A stretch of DNA of 64,000 bases from Heterodontus francisci (Eukaryota). The notes beneath the pieces were generated by a model. That model saw nothing but the letters and a program-made list of their open reading frames with translations, ran no database searches and had not been told where the DNA came from. Made by a program: the position numbers and the translations under genes. Every line of letters begins with the position of its first letter. Position 1 is the stretch's first letter. Below, one piece after another: positions 36,211 through 49,000 of the stretch. The stretch is taken from the NCBI RefSeq assembly GCF_036365525.1, contig NC_090408.1:25340884-25404883 (forward strand). Reading direction: 5' to 3'.

Positions 36211-38171
36211 ATCACCCCCCTCAAATCTAAATCGGGGGACATAATCACTGACCAACGCAAACAGATGGACCGCTGGGTTGAGCACTACCTAGAACTGTAC
36301 TCCAGGGAGAATGCTGTCACTGAGACTGCCCTCAATGCAGCCCAGCCTCTACCAGTCATGGATGAGCTGGACATACAGCCAACCAAATCGGAACTCAGTG
36401 ATGCCATTGATTCCCTAGCCAGCGGAAAAGCCCCTGGGAAGGACAGCATTACCCCTGAAATAATCAAGAGTGCCAAGCCTGCTATACTCTCAGCACTACA
36501 TGAACTGCTATGCCTGTGCTGGGACGAGGGAGCAGTACCCCAGGACATGCGCGATGCCAACATCATCACCCTCTATAAAAACAAAGGTGACCGCGGTGAC
36601 TGCAACAACTACCGTGGAATCTCCCTGCTCAGCATAGTGGGGAAAGTCTTTGCTCGAGTCGCTCTGAATAGGCTCCAGAAGCTGGCCGAGCGCGTCTACC
36701 CTGAGGCACAGTGTGGCTTTCGTGCAGAGAGATCGACTATTGACATGCTGTTCTCCCTTCGTCAGATACAGGAGAAATGCCGTGAACAACAGATGCCCCT
36801 CTACATTGCTTTCATTGATCTCACCAAAGCCTTTGACCTCGTCAGCAGACGTGGTCTCTTCAGACTACTAGAAAAGATCGGATGTCCACCAAAGCTACTA
36901 AGTATCATCACCTCATTCCATGACAATATGAAAGGCACAATTCAACATGGTGGCTCCTCATCAGAGCCCTTTCCTATCCTGAGTGGTGTGAAACAGGGCT
37001 GTGTTCTCGCACCCACACTTTTTGGGATTTTCTTCTCCCTGCTGCTTTCACATGCGTTCAAATCCTCTGAAGAAGGAATTTTCCTCCACACAAGATCAGG
37101 GGGCAGGTTGTTCAACCTTGCCCGTCTAAGAGCGAAGTCCAAAGTACGGAAAGTCCTCATCAGAGAACTCCTCTTTGCTGACGATGCTGCTTTAACATCT
37201 CACACTGAAGAATGCCTGCAGAGTCTCATCGACAGGTTTGCGTCTGCCTGCAATGAATTTGGCCTAACCATCAGCCTCAAGAAAACGAACATCATGGGGC
37301 AGGATGTCAGAAATGCTCCATCCATCAATATTGGCGACCACGCTCTGGAAGTGGTTCAAGAGTTCACCTACCTAGGCTCAACTATCACCAGTAACCTGTC
37401 TCTAGATGCAGAAATCAACAAGCGCATGGGTAAGGCTTCCACTGCTATGTTCAGACTGGCCAAGAGAGTGTGGGAAAATGGCGCACTGACACGGAACACA
37501 AAAGTCCGAGTGTATCAGGCCTGTGTCCTCAGTACCTTGCTCTACGGCAGCGAGGCCTGGACAACGTATGCCAGCCAAGAGCGACGTCTCAATTCATTCC
37601 ATCTTCGCTGCCTTCGGAGAATACTTGGCATCAGGTGGCAGGACTATATCTCCAACACAGAAGTCCTTGAAGCGGCCAACATCCCCAGCTTATACACACT
37701 ACTGAGTCAGCGGCGCTTGAGATGGCTTGGCCATGTGAGCCGCATGGAAGATGGCAGGATCCCCAAAGACACATTGTACAGCGAGCTCGCCACTGGTATC
37801 AGACCCACCGGCCGTCCATGTCTCCGTTATAAAGACGTCTGCAAACGCGACATGAAATCCTGTGACATTGATCACAAGTCGTGGGAGTCAGTTGCCAGCA
37901 TTCGCCAGAGCTGGCGGGCAGCCATAAAGACAGGGCTAAATTGTGGCGAGTCGAAGAGACTTAGTAGTTGGCAGGAAAAAAGACAGAGGCGCAAGGGGAG
38001 AGCCAACTGTGCAACAGCCCCAACAAACAAATTTCTCTGCAGCACCTGTGGAAGAGCCTGTCACTCCAGAATTGGCCTTTATAGCCACTCCAGGCGCTGC
38101 TTCACAAACCACTGACCACCTCCAGGCGCGTATCCATTGTCTCTCGAGATAAGGAGGCCCAAAAGAGGAAG
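36211..38171 (+). mobile_element. RTE LINE, 5'-truncated, with TSD
   Basis: TSD AAAAG at 36206-36210 and 38172-38176; short 3' UTR with AAG-rich tail. Confidence 0.95.
36265..38115 (+). CDS. RTE reverse transcriptase ORF (616 aa, no endonuclease domain, C-terminal C2H2-like finger)
   Basis: KAPGKD, NYRGISLL, QCGFR, FIDLTKAFD, GVKQGCVLAP, LFADD, CSTCGRACHSRIGLYSH; no stops or frameshifts. Confidence 0.9.
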   Translation: MDRWVEHYLELYSRENAVTETALNAAQPLPVMDELDIQPTKSELSDAIDSLASGKAPGKDSITPEIIKSAKPAILSALHELLCLCWDEGAVPQDMRDANIITLYKNKGDRGDCNNYRGISLLSIVGKVFARVALNRLQKLAERVYPEAQCGFRAERSTIDMLFSLRQIQEKCREQQMPLYIAFIDLTKAFDLVSRRGLFRLLEKIGCPPKLLSIITSFHDNMKGTIQHGGSSSEPFPILSGVKQGCVLAPTLFGIFFSLLLSHAFKSSEEGIFLHTRSGGRLFNLARLRAKSKVRKVLIRELLFADDAALTSHTEECLQSLIDRFASACNEFGLTISLKKTNIMGQDVRNAPSINIGDHALEVVQEFTYLGSTITSNLSLDAEINKRMGKASTAMFRLAKRVWENGALTRNTKVRVYQACVLSTLLYGSEAWTTYASQERRLNSFHLRCLRRILGIRWQDYISNTEVLEAANIPSLYTLLSQRRLRWLGHVSRMEDGRIPKDTLYSELATGIRPTGRPCLRYKDVCKRDMKSCDIDHKSWESVASIRQSWRAAIKTGLNCGESKRLSSWQEKRQRRKGRANCATAPTNKFLCSTCGRACHSRIGLYSHSRRCFTNH

Positions 38172-39021
38172 AAAAGCTTCTATAAATATGTGAAGAGAAA
38201 AAGATTAGTGAAGATAAATGTAGGTCCCTTACAGTCAGAAACGGGGGAAATTATAATGGGGAACAAAGAAATGGCAGAACAATTAACAAATATTTCGGTT
38301 CTGTCTGCACAAAGGAGGACACAAATAACCTCCCAGAAAGGTTAGGGAATCAAGACTCTAATGAGAGGGAGGAACTGAGGGAAATCAGTATTAATAAAAA
38401 AATAGAGCGAGGGAAATTAATGGGGTTAAAGGCTGACAAATCCCCAGGGCCTGATAATCTACATCCCAGAGTACTAAAGGAAGTGGCTCTGGAAATAATG
38501 GATGCATTGGTGGTCATCTTCCAAAATTCTATAGACTCTGGAGCAGTTCCTATAGATTGGAGGGTGGCAAATGTGACCCCACTATTTAAAAAAAGGAGGG
38601 AGAGAAAAAACAGGGAATTACTGACCAGTTAGCCTAACATCAGTAATGGGGAAAATGCTAGAGTCTATTATAAAGGATGTGATAGCAGAACACCTGTAAA
38701 GCATAAATGGGATTGGACAAAGTCAGCATGGGTTTACGAAAGGGAACTCATGCTTAACAAATCTACTGGAGTTTATTTGAGGATGTAACTAGTAGAATTG
38801 ATAAGGGAGAACCAGTGGATGTGGTGTATTTGGATTTTCAGAAGGCTTTTGATAAGAGGTTAGTGTGCAAAATTAAAGCACATGGGATTGAGAATTGGTT
38901 GAAAGACAGGAAACGGAGAGTAGGAATAAATGGGTCTTTTTCCGGGTGGCAGGCAGTGACTAGTGGGGTACCGCAGGGATCAGTGCTTGGGCCCCAGCTA
39001 TTCACAATATATATTAATGAC

Positions 39022-39465
39022 TTGGGTTTTCCCCAGTACCCAAAAATACCTCGAGAGTCGGCTGTCTTGTACAAATGAGTGATCTTTATTTCTGAGAATG
39101 CAAGGAGAAACCCTACTCTCACGAATGATTGTAGGGATTCTGCTACTACATTGTTCCAGTAGTCATTTTATACAGTTTACAGGAGGTTTACTTGATGAAC
39201 TGTTTCTTGATTACATCATCTCCCATCTATAGCCTTCCCTGATCTCATGCTGCCTTGGTTATATTATTCACCTTGTCAACCTCTTGATTACGCTATTCAT
39301 AGGATTATTAGGCGCTTCATAGGATTCGGGTGTCTCCCTCCTGAGCTCGTTACCTTCTGATTAGGTATTCATATAATTCATGTATCTAGCAGGCAAGCTT
39401 TCTCAAGTTACAGGGACCTAAGTTACACCAAGTATCCCATGGTTCCGTATGCCAGTCTCCCTACA
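39022..39465 (-). mobile_element. LTR-like sequence (probable solo LTR)
   Basis: Minus strand begins TGTAGGGAGAC, has AATAAA (39085-39090) and ends ...GGGGAAAACCCAA; non-coding. Confidence 0.5.
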
Positions 39466-40000
39466 CACACCTTCCAGTTTTTGGCACATGCCCCGGCCCC
39501 TCTGAACCATATCATCAGTACCTTCAGGTAGTCTGACCTGACGGTGAAGGGGACAAAGGATTGGTCAGTGCTGTTCCCAAAGAACACGGCTTCGCTCTTT
39601 CCGTGATTTACTTTGGCTCCCAAGGCCAGTTCGAACTGGTCGCAGGTGCTCATCAGCTTGCGAACGGACAGCGGATCCGAGCAGAAGACGGCGACGTTGT
39701 CCATGTACAGGGAGGTTTTAACCTGAGTGCCTCCACTGCCTGGGATTGTCACCCCTCTTATGCCCACAGCCTTCCTAATGGACTCAGCAAAAGGTTTGTT
39801 TGCTGTATTGAACAAGCCAGGGGAGAGAGGACAGCCCTGTATGACTCGAGATTTGGTTGGGAAGCTTTCTGATTCCCACCCATTAATTGAAACTGTGCTA
39901 CTCTTGTTTGTGTAGAGCAGTTCGATCCAATTGCGGATTCTCTCCTCAAACCCCATTTTGGAGAGCACGTCCATCATGTAGGTGTGCGATATCCTGTTGA
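39466..40000 (-). mobile_element. Tx1 LINE, RT fragment
   Basis: ORF 39423-39977 VIQGCPLSPGLF...SLYMDNV...KVNHGKS. Confidence 0.88.
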
Positions 40001-40044
40001 GAGTTAGCTGTTTGTCCAGATTGTCCCATGTACTGTCAAGATGA

Positions 40045-40638
40045 AATTTATTAAACTTAAACTTAAACTCTAATACGGTTCACTCCTACGGATATATGAC
40101 GTGTCCACGCTAGCATGCTCATGCGATATACACATGCAAATAGGGACAGAAAAGAGCAGAAGAAAAGATAAGTAAAACAGTTTGAGGCAATATCTTTCTC
40201 GAGCTCGCTGTAGTCCTTGATTGAAGATATGGTCTTGCGTTTCGTTGGGGCCCAGTATTCGTCTTAAACCTTGTTTATTTGGGAAACCTTTCTCTCTTTG
40301 CGTTTTACTGTTTTCACAAGATTCAGTTCTGTGGGAAAGAGATGGAGGCAGGCAGACCGGAGAGGGGATGTTCTCAGTCCATGAGCACACGGCGTTCTCT
40401 GTCTTCAAAATCCTTTGTTGGAAGTTCAAGTTCTCTGCAACAGCCAGTTAGTCATGTGACTGAAACTGGTCTGACCACTTCCTTGTATTGGGGAAGCAAC
40501 TGCTGTGTCCCCATTGTTTCAACATTATCTGGTACTATGCAAATGTCCTTCCAGTCAGGGCTTGCAATTTTTAAGTTTTTGTTCATTTATCGAAATACTG
40601 TGTGCCTCAATCTTGGCAGGTGGGGGGTTTGCTGGACA
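40045..40638 (-). mobile_element. LTR-like fragment
   Basis: Non-coding; minus strand begins TG at 40638; AATAAA (reverse complement) at about 40048; interrupts Tx1. Confidence 0.5.
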
Positions 40639-40639
40639 C

Positions 40640-40788
40640 TACACTGCGCACCATCTGCAGGGTTGCTGATGACGTCGTGAAGGTTGGCATCTTTTACTGT
40701 TTCCATCAGGAATATGGACATGGTGTCCAGTTTGCTGACGTCTCTGCTGGATTGTCCAGCTGCATTGATGATGCAGTTGAAGTCACTG
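40640..40788 (-). mobile_element. Tx1 LINE, APE endonuclease fragment (5' truncation point)
   Basis: (S)DFNCIINAAG...FLMETVKDANLHDV, a GDFN motif region. Confidence 0.7.
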
Positions 40789-40977
40789 CGGTTATTCAGC
40801 TCATTGAGCCTGTGCTGGCTTTCTGAAAGAGCTACCAATTAGTCCCACTCGCCTATTCTTGCCCAATAGCCCTGCAGATTTCCTTCTTTTAAGGATGTAT
40901 CAAATTTCCTTTTGAAAGTTACTATTGTGCCTTTAAGTTCAGTGTCCTGCAGCAGTGTGAATTTTTGAAATGTATCA

Positions 40978-42817
40978 AGCTAAGAAGAGCAAGGAGAGGA
41001 CACGAGAAGTCATTGGCGGATAGGATCAAGGAAAACCCTAAGGCTTTCTATAGGTATATCAGGAATAAAAGAATGACGAGTTAGATTAGGGCCAATCAAG
41101 GATAGTAGTGGGACGTTGTGTGTGGAATCAGAGGAGATAGGGGAAGCGTTAAATTAATATTTTTCGTCAGTATTTACAGTAGAGAAAGAAAATGTTGTCG
41201 AGGAGAATACTGAGATTCAGACTACTGGGCTAGATGGGATTGAGGTTCACAAGGAGGAGGTGTTAGCAATTTTGGAAAGTGTGAAAATAGATAAGTCCCC
41301 TGGGCCAGATGGGATTTATCCTAGGATTCTCTGGGAAGCCAGGGAGGAGATTGCAGAGCCTTTGTCCTTGATCTTTATGTCGTCATTGTCGACAGGAATA
41401 GTGCCGGAAGACTGGAGGATAGCAAATGTTGTCCCTTTGTTCAAGAAGGGGTGTAGAGACAGCCCTGGTAATTATAGACCTGTGAGCCTTACTTCGGTTG
41501 TGGGTAAAATGTTGGAAAAGGTTATAAGAGACAGGATTTATAATCATCTTGAAAAGAATAAGTTCATTAGCGATAGTCAGCACGGTTTTGTGAAGGGTAG
41601 GTCGTGCCTCACAAACCTTATTGAGTTTTTCGAGAAGGTGACCAAACAGGTGGATGAGGGTAAAGCCGTGGATGTGGTGTATATGGATTTCAGTCAGGCG
41701 TTTGATAAGGTTCCCCACGGTAGGCTATTGCAGAAAATACGGAAGTATGGGGTTGAAGGTGATTTAGAGCTTTGGATCAGAAATTGGCTAGCTGAAAGAA
41801 GACAGAGGGTGGTGGTTGATGGCAAATGTTCATCCTGGAGTTTAGTTACTAGTGGTGTACCGCAAGGATCTGTTTTGGGGCCACTGCTGTTTGTCATTTT
41901 TATAAATGACCTGGAAGAGGGTGTAGAAGGGTGGGTTAGTAAATTTGCGGATGACACTAAGGTCGGTGGAGTTGTGGATAGTGCCGAAGGATGTTGTAGG
42001 TTACAGAGGGATATAGATAGGCTGCAGAGCTGGGCTGAGAGATGGCAAATGGAGTTTAATGCGGAAAAGTGTGAGGTGATTCACTTTGGAAGGAGTAACA
42101 GGAATGCAGAGTATTGGGCTAATGGGAAGATTCTTGGTAGTGTAGATGAACAGAGAGATCTTGGTGTCGAGGTACATAAATCCCTGAAGGTTGCTACCCA
42201 GGTTAATAGGGCTGTTAAGAAGGCATATGGTGTGTTAGCTTTTATTAGTAGGGGGATCGAGTTTCAGAGCCACGAGGTCATGCTGCAGCTGTACAAAACT
42301 CTGGTGAGACCGCACCTGGAGTATTGCGTGCAGTTCTGGTCACCGCATTATAGGAAGGATGTGGAAGCTTTGGAAAGGGTGCAGAGGAGATTTACTAGGA
42401 TGTTGCCTGGTATGGAGGGAAGGTCTTACGAGGAAAGGCTGAGGGACTTGAGGTTGTTTTCGTTGGAGAGAAGGAGAAGGAGGAGAGGTGACTTAATAGA
42501 GACATATAAGATAATCAGAGGGTTAGATAGGGTGGATAGTGAGAGTCTTTTTCCTCGGATGGTGATGGCAAACACGAGGGGACATAGCTTTAAGTTGAGG
42601 GGTGATAGATATAGGACAGATGTCAGAGGTAGTTTCTTTACTCAGAGAGTAGTAGGGGCGTGGAACGCCCTGCCTGCAACAGTAGTAGACTCGCCAACTT
42701 TAAGGGCATTTAAATGGTCATTGGATAGACATATGGATGAAAATGGAATAGTGTAGGTCAGATGGTTTCACAGGTCGGCGCAACATCGAGGGCCGAAGGG
42801 CCTGTACTGCGCTGTAA
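40978..42817 (+). mobile_element. CR1 LINE, 5'-truncated, RT ORF open (41260-42756)
   Basis: [41 protein letters not shown]; 3' end GGCCGAAGGGCCTGTACTGCGCTGTAA. Confidence 0.95.
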
Positions 42818-43725
42818 GAAAGAAAAAAAAAGTCAAAATGTTTTGGGGATAGAGGGGTCGCGGTCTCCAAACTCCCCATGAAAGTAAATCTTGTGTCTTC
42901 AAGATTTGCATCCCTTTCAAATTTTCATAAACTGAAAGAACATTGGGTCAATCAAAGGTACACATTTGCATTGTAATTACTTGCTTTCAGTGTCAGAGCT
43001 TTCTGATTGTCAGCTTTGGGAGCCGTTGGCCAACTTTTGTTAGTTTTCTAGGTTGGTGTGCCACCCAAAATGCATAATACCTGATTTTTGCTGCTTCTAT
43101 TTCTAAGGGGAAGAAACATCCCACAACACAGTAGATGTGCTGCGTGATATATTATTATCACATATTATTAACACTCAATGAGCAGCTACTTGTAGGAAAG
43201 TCTACATCAGCCCAGTGGGAGTCATTCAAAGAGGAAATAGAGAGTTCAGAGCCAACATGTTCCCGTTAAGGTGAAGGGTAGGATCAACAAGTCCAGCGAA
43301 CCCTGATGTCAAGGGATATAGAGGATTGGATAAGGGAAAAAAAAGGAGGCTTATGGCAGATTCAGACTACTGAAAACAGCAGAGGCACTAGAGGAGTATA
43401 GAAAGTGTAGGGGGGTGCTTCAAAAAGTAATTAGGAGAGCAAAGAGGGGGCATGAAAAACACTGTCGGACAAGATAAAGGAAAATCCCAAGGTGTTTTAT
43501 AAGTATATTAAGGACAAGAGGATAACCAGGGAAAGAGTAGGGCCCCATTAAGGACCAAAGTGGCAATCTGTGTGTGGAGCTGGAGTACACAGGTGAGGTT
43601 TTAAATGATTACTTTTCATCTGTGTTCACTATGGAGAAGGATGATGTAGGTGTAGGAATCAGGGAGGAGGATTGTGATATCCTTGAACATATTAGCATTG
43701 AAAGGGAGGAAGTATTAGCTGTTTT

Positions 43726-44159
43726 TTCTTCTTTTTTTTTCTTTTGGGCCTCCTTATCTCGAGAGACAATGGATACGCGCCTGGAGGTGGTCAGTGGTTT
43801 GTGAAGCAGCGCCTGGAGTGGCTATAAAGGCCAATTCTAGAGTGACAGGCTCTTCCACAGGTGCTGCAGAGAAATTTGTTTGTCGGGGCTGTTGCACAGT
43901 TGGCTCTCCCCTTGCGCCTCTGTCTTTTTTCCTGCCAACTACTAAGTCCCTTCGACTCGCCACATTTTAGCCCTGTCTTTATGGCTGCCCGCCAGCTCTG
44001 GCGAACTCTGGCAACTGACTCCCACGACTTGTGATCAATGTCACAGGATTTCATGTCGCATTTGCAGACGTCTTTAAAGCGGAGACGTGGATGGCCGGTG
44101 GGTCTGATATCAGTGGCGAGCTCGCTGTACAATGTGTCTTTGGGGATCCTGCCATCTTC
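43726..44159 (-). mobile_element. RTE LINE, 3' fragment with TSD
   Basis: Near-identical to 37746-38165; TSD CTGTTTT at 43719-43725 and 44160-44166. Confidence 0.95.
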
Positions 44160-45607
44160 CTGTTTTAGTGGGCTTAAAAGTGGATAAAACCCCAGGCCCA
44201 GATGAACTGTATCCCAGGCTGTTATGTGAGGCAAGGGAGGAGATAGCAGGGGCTCTGACACAAATTTTCAAATCCTCTCTGGCCACAGGAGCGATACCAG
44301 AGGACTGGAGGACAGTGAATGTGGTACCATTATTCAAGAAGGATAGCAGGGATAAACCAGGTAATTACAGGCCGGTGAGTTGAACATCAGTGGCAGGGAA
44401 ACTATTGGAAAAAATTCTGAGGAACAGGATTACTCTCCACTGGGAGAGGCAGGGATTAATCAGGGATAATCAGCATGGCTTTGTCAGGGGGAGATTGTGT
44501 CTGTCTAACTTGGTTGAATTTTTCGAGGCGGTGACAAGATGTGTAGATAAGGGTAAAGCAGTTGATGTAGTCTACACGGACGTCAGTAAGGCTTTTGATA
44601 AGGTCAGCATGGGAGATTGGTTAAGAAAGTAGGAGCCCATGGGATCCAGGGCAGTTTGTCAAATTGGATCCAAAATTGGCTTAATGGCAGGAGGCAGAGG
44701 GTGATGGTCGAGGGTTGTTTTTGCGAGTGGTAGCCTGTGATCAGTGGTGTACTGTAGGGATCGGTGCTGGGGCCCTTGCTGTTTGTAGTGTACATTAATG
44801 ACTTAAACGTGAATATAGGAGGTATGGTCAGTAAGTTTGCAGATGACACGAAAATTGGTGGTGTCGTAAATAGTGAGGAGGAAAACCTTAGGTTGCAGGA
44901 CGATATAGATGGGCTGGTAAGATGGGTGGAGCAGTGGCAAATGGAATTCAATCCTGAGAGGTGTGAGGTGATGCATTTTAGGAGGACTAACAAGGCAAGG
45001 GAATATACAATGGATGGTAGGACCCTAGGAAGTACAGAGGGTCAGAGGGACCTTGTTGTACTTGTCCATAGATCACTGACGGCAGCAGCACAGTTCGATA
45101 AGGTGGTTAGGAAGGCATATGGGATACTTGCCTTTATTAGCTGAGGCAAAGAATATAAGAGCATGGAGGTTATGATGGAGCTGTATAAAACGCTAGTTAG
45201 GTCACAGCTGGAGTACTGTGTACAGTTCTAAGCACCACATTATAGGAAGGGTGTGATTGCACAGGAGTGAGTGCAGAGGAGATTCACCAGGATGTTGCCT
45301 GGGCTGGAGCATTTCAGCTATGAAGAGAGACTGGATAGGCTAGGGTTGTTTTCCTTAGAACAGAGAAGGCTGAGGGTGGACCTGATTGAGGTATACAAAA
45401 TTATGAGGGGCATTGATAGGATAGCTAGAAAGAAACTTTTTCCCTTAGCGGAGGGGGTCAGTAACCAGGGGGCATAGATTTAAGGTAAGGGGCAGGAGGT
45501 TTAGAGGGGATTTGAGGAAAAACGTTTTCACCCAGAGGGTGGTTGGAATCTGGAATGCACTGCCTGAAGAGCTGGTAGAGGCAGGAACCCTCACAACATT
45601 TAAGAAG

Positions 45608-45916
45608 GGGCGGCACAGTGGTTAGCACTGCAGCCTCACAGCTCCAGCGACCTGGGTTCAATTCTGGGCACTGCCTGTGCGGAGTTTGCAAGTTCTCCCT
45701 GTGACCGCGTGGGTTTTCGTCGGGTGCTCCGGTTTCCTCCCACCGCCAAAGACTTGCAAGTGATAGGTAAATTGGCCATTGTAAATTGCCCCTAGTGTAG
45801 GTAGGTGGTAGGGAATATGGGATTACTGTAGGGTTAGTATAAATGGGTGGTTGTTGGTCGGCACAGACTCGGTGGGCCGAAGGGCCTGTTTCAGTGCTGT
45901 ATCTCTAAAAATAATT
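45608..45916 (+). mobile_element. HE1-like V-SINE inserted in CR1
   Basis: Head, V-domain and tail as in 15983-16320; imperfect TSD TTTAAGAAG/TTTAAAAAG. Confidence 0.92.
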
Positions 45917-46084
45917 TTTAAAAAGTATTTAGATGAGCACTTGAAACGCCATAGCATACAAGGCTACGGGCCAAGTGCTGGAAAATGGGATTAGAATAGA
46001 TAGGTGCTTGATGGCCGGCACAGACATGATGGGCCGAAGGCCCTGTTTCTGTGCTGTATAACTCTATGACTATTATTGAGCCAC

Positions 46085-49000
46085 TAAGACTGGGAAGCAG
46101 CCAAGCCTGGTTCCTGAGTTAGTTGATCCAAGCCAGATTGACACACAGCAAGTTTCAGCAAACTTGGAGAGGGATCATGGAAATTCCTCCATGATTTCCA
46201 TTTCTGCCTCTTAAGATGCCTGCTGGAAGTGGAGCATGTGTGAAGAATGAATGGGAATGAATTCAGGCTTGGCTATGTCGGACGGGTAGTCAGGTCACTA
46301 GATAATGGAAGGAACTAGATAATGAAGTCAGCGTGACTAAGGGAAAGAGTAGGCAGGGAGCAGATGATGAATGCAAAGGGACTGGTGGTCTGAGGTGCAT
46401 TTGTTTTAATGCAAGAAGTGTAGTAGGTAAGGCAGATGAACTTAGGGCTTGGATTAGTACCTGGGAGTATGATATTGCTATTACTGAGACTTGGTTAAGG
46501 GAAGGGCATGATTGGCAACTAAATATCCCAGGATATCGATGCTTCAGGCGGGATAGAGAGGGAGGTAAAAGGGGTGGAGGAGTTGCATAACTGGTCAAAG
46601 AGGATATCACAGCTGTGCTGAAGGAAGGCACTATGGAGGACTCGAGCTGTGAGGCAATATGGGCAGAACTCAGAAATAGGAAGGGTGCTGTAACAATGTT
46701 GGGGCTGTACTACAGGCCTCCCAACAGCGAGCGTGAGATAGAGGTACAAATATGTAAACAGATTATGGAAAGATGTAGGAGCAACAGGGTGGTGGTGATA
46801 GGAGATTTTAATTTTCCCAACATTGACTGGGATTCACTTAGTGTTAGAGGTCTAGATGGAGCAGAATTTGTAAGGAGCATCCAGGAGGGTTTTCTAGAGC
46901 AGTATGTAAATAGTCCAACTCGGGAAGGGGCCATACTGGACCTGGTGTTGGGGAATGAGCCCGGCCAGGTGGTTGAAGTTTCAGTAGGGGACTACTTTGG
47001 GAATAGTGATCACAATTCCGTAAGTTTTAGAATACTCATGGACAAAGACGAGAGTGGTCCTAAAGGAAGAGTGCTAAATTGGGGGAAGGCCAACTATACC
47101 AAAATTCGGCAGGAGCTGGGGAATGTAGATTGGGAGCAGCTGTTTGAAGATAAATCCACATTTGATATGTGGGAGGCTTTTAAGGAGAGGTTGATTAGCG
47201 TGCAGGAGAGACATGTTCCTGTGAAAATGAGGGATAGAAATGGCAAGATTAGGGAACCATGGATGACAGGTAAAATTGTGAGACTAGCTAAGAGGAAAAA
47301 GGAAGCATACATAAGGTCTAGGCGGCTGAACAAAGACGAAGCTTTGGAAGAATATCGGGAATGTAGGACCAATCTGAAACAAGGAATTAAGAGGGCTAAA
47401 AGGGGTCATGAAATATCTTTAGCAAACAGGGTTAAGGAAAATCCCAAAGCCTTTTATTCATATATAAGGAGCAAGAGGGTAACTAGAGAAAGGATTGGCC
47501 CACTCAAGGACAAAGGAGGAAAGTTATGCGTGGAGTCAGAGAAAATGGGTGAGATTCTAAACGAGTACTTTGCATCGGTATTCACTGAGGAGAGGGACAT
47601 GACGGATGTTGAGGTTAGGGACAGATGTTTGATTACTCTAGGTCGAGTCGGCATAAGGAGGGAGGAAGTGTTGGGTATTCTAAAAGGCATTAAGGTGGAC
47701 AAGTCCCCAGGTCCGGATGGGATCTATCCCAGGTTACTGAGGGAAGCGAGAGAGGAAATAGCTGGGGCCTTAACAGATATCTTTGCAGCATCCTTAAACA
47801 CGGGTGAGGTCCCGGAGGACTGGAGAATTGCTAATGTTGTCCCCTTGGTTAAGAAGGGTAGCAGGGATAATCCAGGTAATTATAGACTGGTGAGCCTGAC
47901 GTCAGTGGTAGGGAAGCTGCTGGAGAAGATACTGAGGGATAGGATCTATTCCCATTTGGAAGAAAATGGGCTTATCAGTGATAGGCAACATGGTTTTGTG
48001 CAGGGAAGGTCATGTCTTACCAACTTAATAGATTTCTTTGAGGAAGTGACAAAGTTGATTGATGAGGGAAGGGCTGTAGATGTCATATACATGGACTTCA
48101 GTAAGGCGTTTGATAAGGTTCCCCATGGTAGGCTGATGGAGAAAGTGAAGTCGCATGGGATCCAGGGTGTACTAGCTAGATGGATAAAGAACTGGCTGGG
48201 CAACAGGAGACAGAGAGTAGCAGTGGAAGGGAGTTTCTCAAAATGGAGACGTGTGACCAGTGGTGTTCCACAGGGATCCGTGCTGGGACCACTGTTGTTT
48301 GTGATATACATAAATGATTTGGAGGAAAGTATAGGTGGTCTGATTAGCAAGTTTGCAGACGACACTAAGATTGGTGGAGTAGCAGATAGTGAAGGGGACT
48401 GTCAGAGAATACAGCAGAATATAGATAGATTGGAGAGTTGGGCAGAGAAATGGCAGATGGAGTTCAATCAGGGTAAATGCGAGGTGATGCATTTTGGAAG
48501 ATCCAATTCAAGAGTGAACTATACAGTAAATGGAAAAGTCCTGGGGAAAATTGATGTACAGAGAGATTTGGGTGTTCAGGTCCATTGTTCCCTGAAGGTG
48601 GCAATGCAGGTAAATAGAGTGGTCAAGAAGGCATACGACATGCTTTCCTTCATCGGACGGGGTATTGAGTACAAGAGTTGGCAGGTCATGTTACCATTGT
48701 CTAGGACTTTGGTTCGGCCACATTTGGAATACTGCGTGCAGTTCTGGTCGCCACATTACCAAAAGGATGTGGATGCTTTGGAGAGGGTGCAGAGGAGGTT
48801 CACCAGGATGTTGCCTGGTATGGAGGGCGCTAGCTATGAAGAGAGGTCGAGTAGATTAGGATTATTTTCATTGAAAAGGCGGAGGTTGAGGGGGGACCTG
48901 ATTGAGGTGTACAAAATCATGAGAGGTATAGACAGGGTGGATAGCAAGAAGCTTTTTCCCAGAGTGGGGGATTCAAATACTAGGGATCACGAGTTCAAAG

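Larger units (their letters stand above)
35951..39022 (+). mobile_element. CR1 LINE, internal fragment interrupted by RTE
   Basis: IKTDCK|SFYKYVKRK joins across the RTE; KSPGPDNLHPRVLKE; [10 protein letters not shown]; [11 protein letters not shown]. Confidence 0.9.
34994..40930 (-). mobile_element. CR1 3' tail split in two (34994-35016 and about 40790-40930) by a Tx1 insertion
   Basis: Left AGAATCATATAGCACAGAAGG and right GGTTATTCAGCTCATTGAGCCTGTGCTGGCTTTCTGAAAGAGC join into one CR1 tail, compare 55690-55750. Confidence 0.65.
43200..46070 (+). mobile_element. CR1 LINE, decayed, carrying RTE and V-SINE insertions
   Basis: Broken ORF2 pieces from 43574 to 45477; tail CTCTATGACT at 46062-46071. 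Confidence 0.93.
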
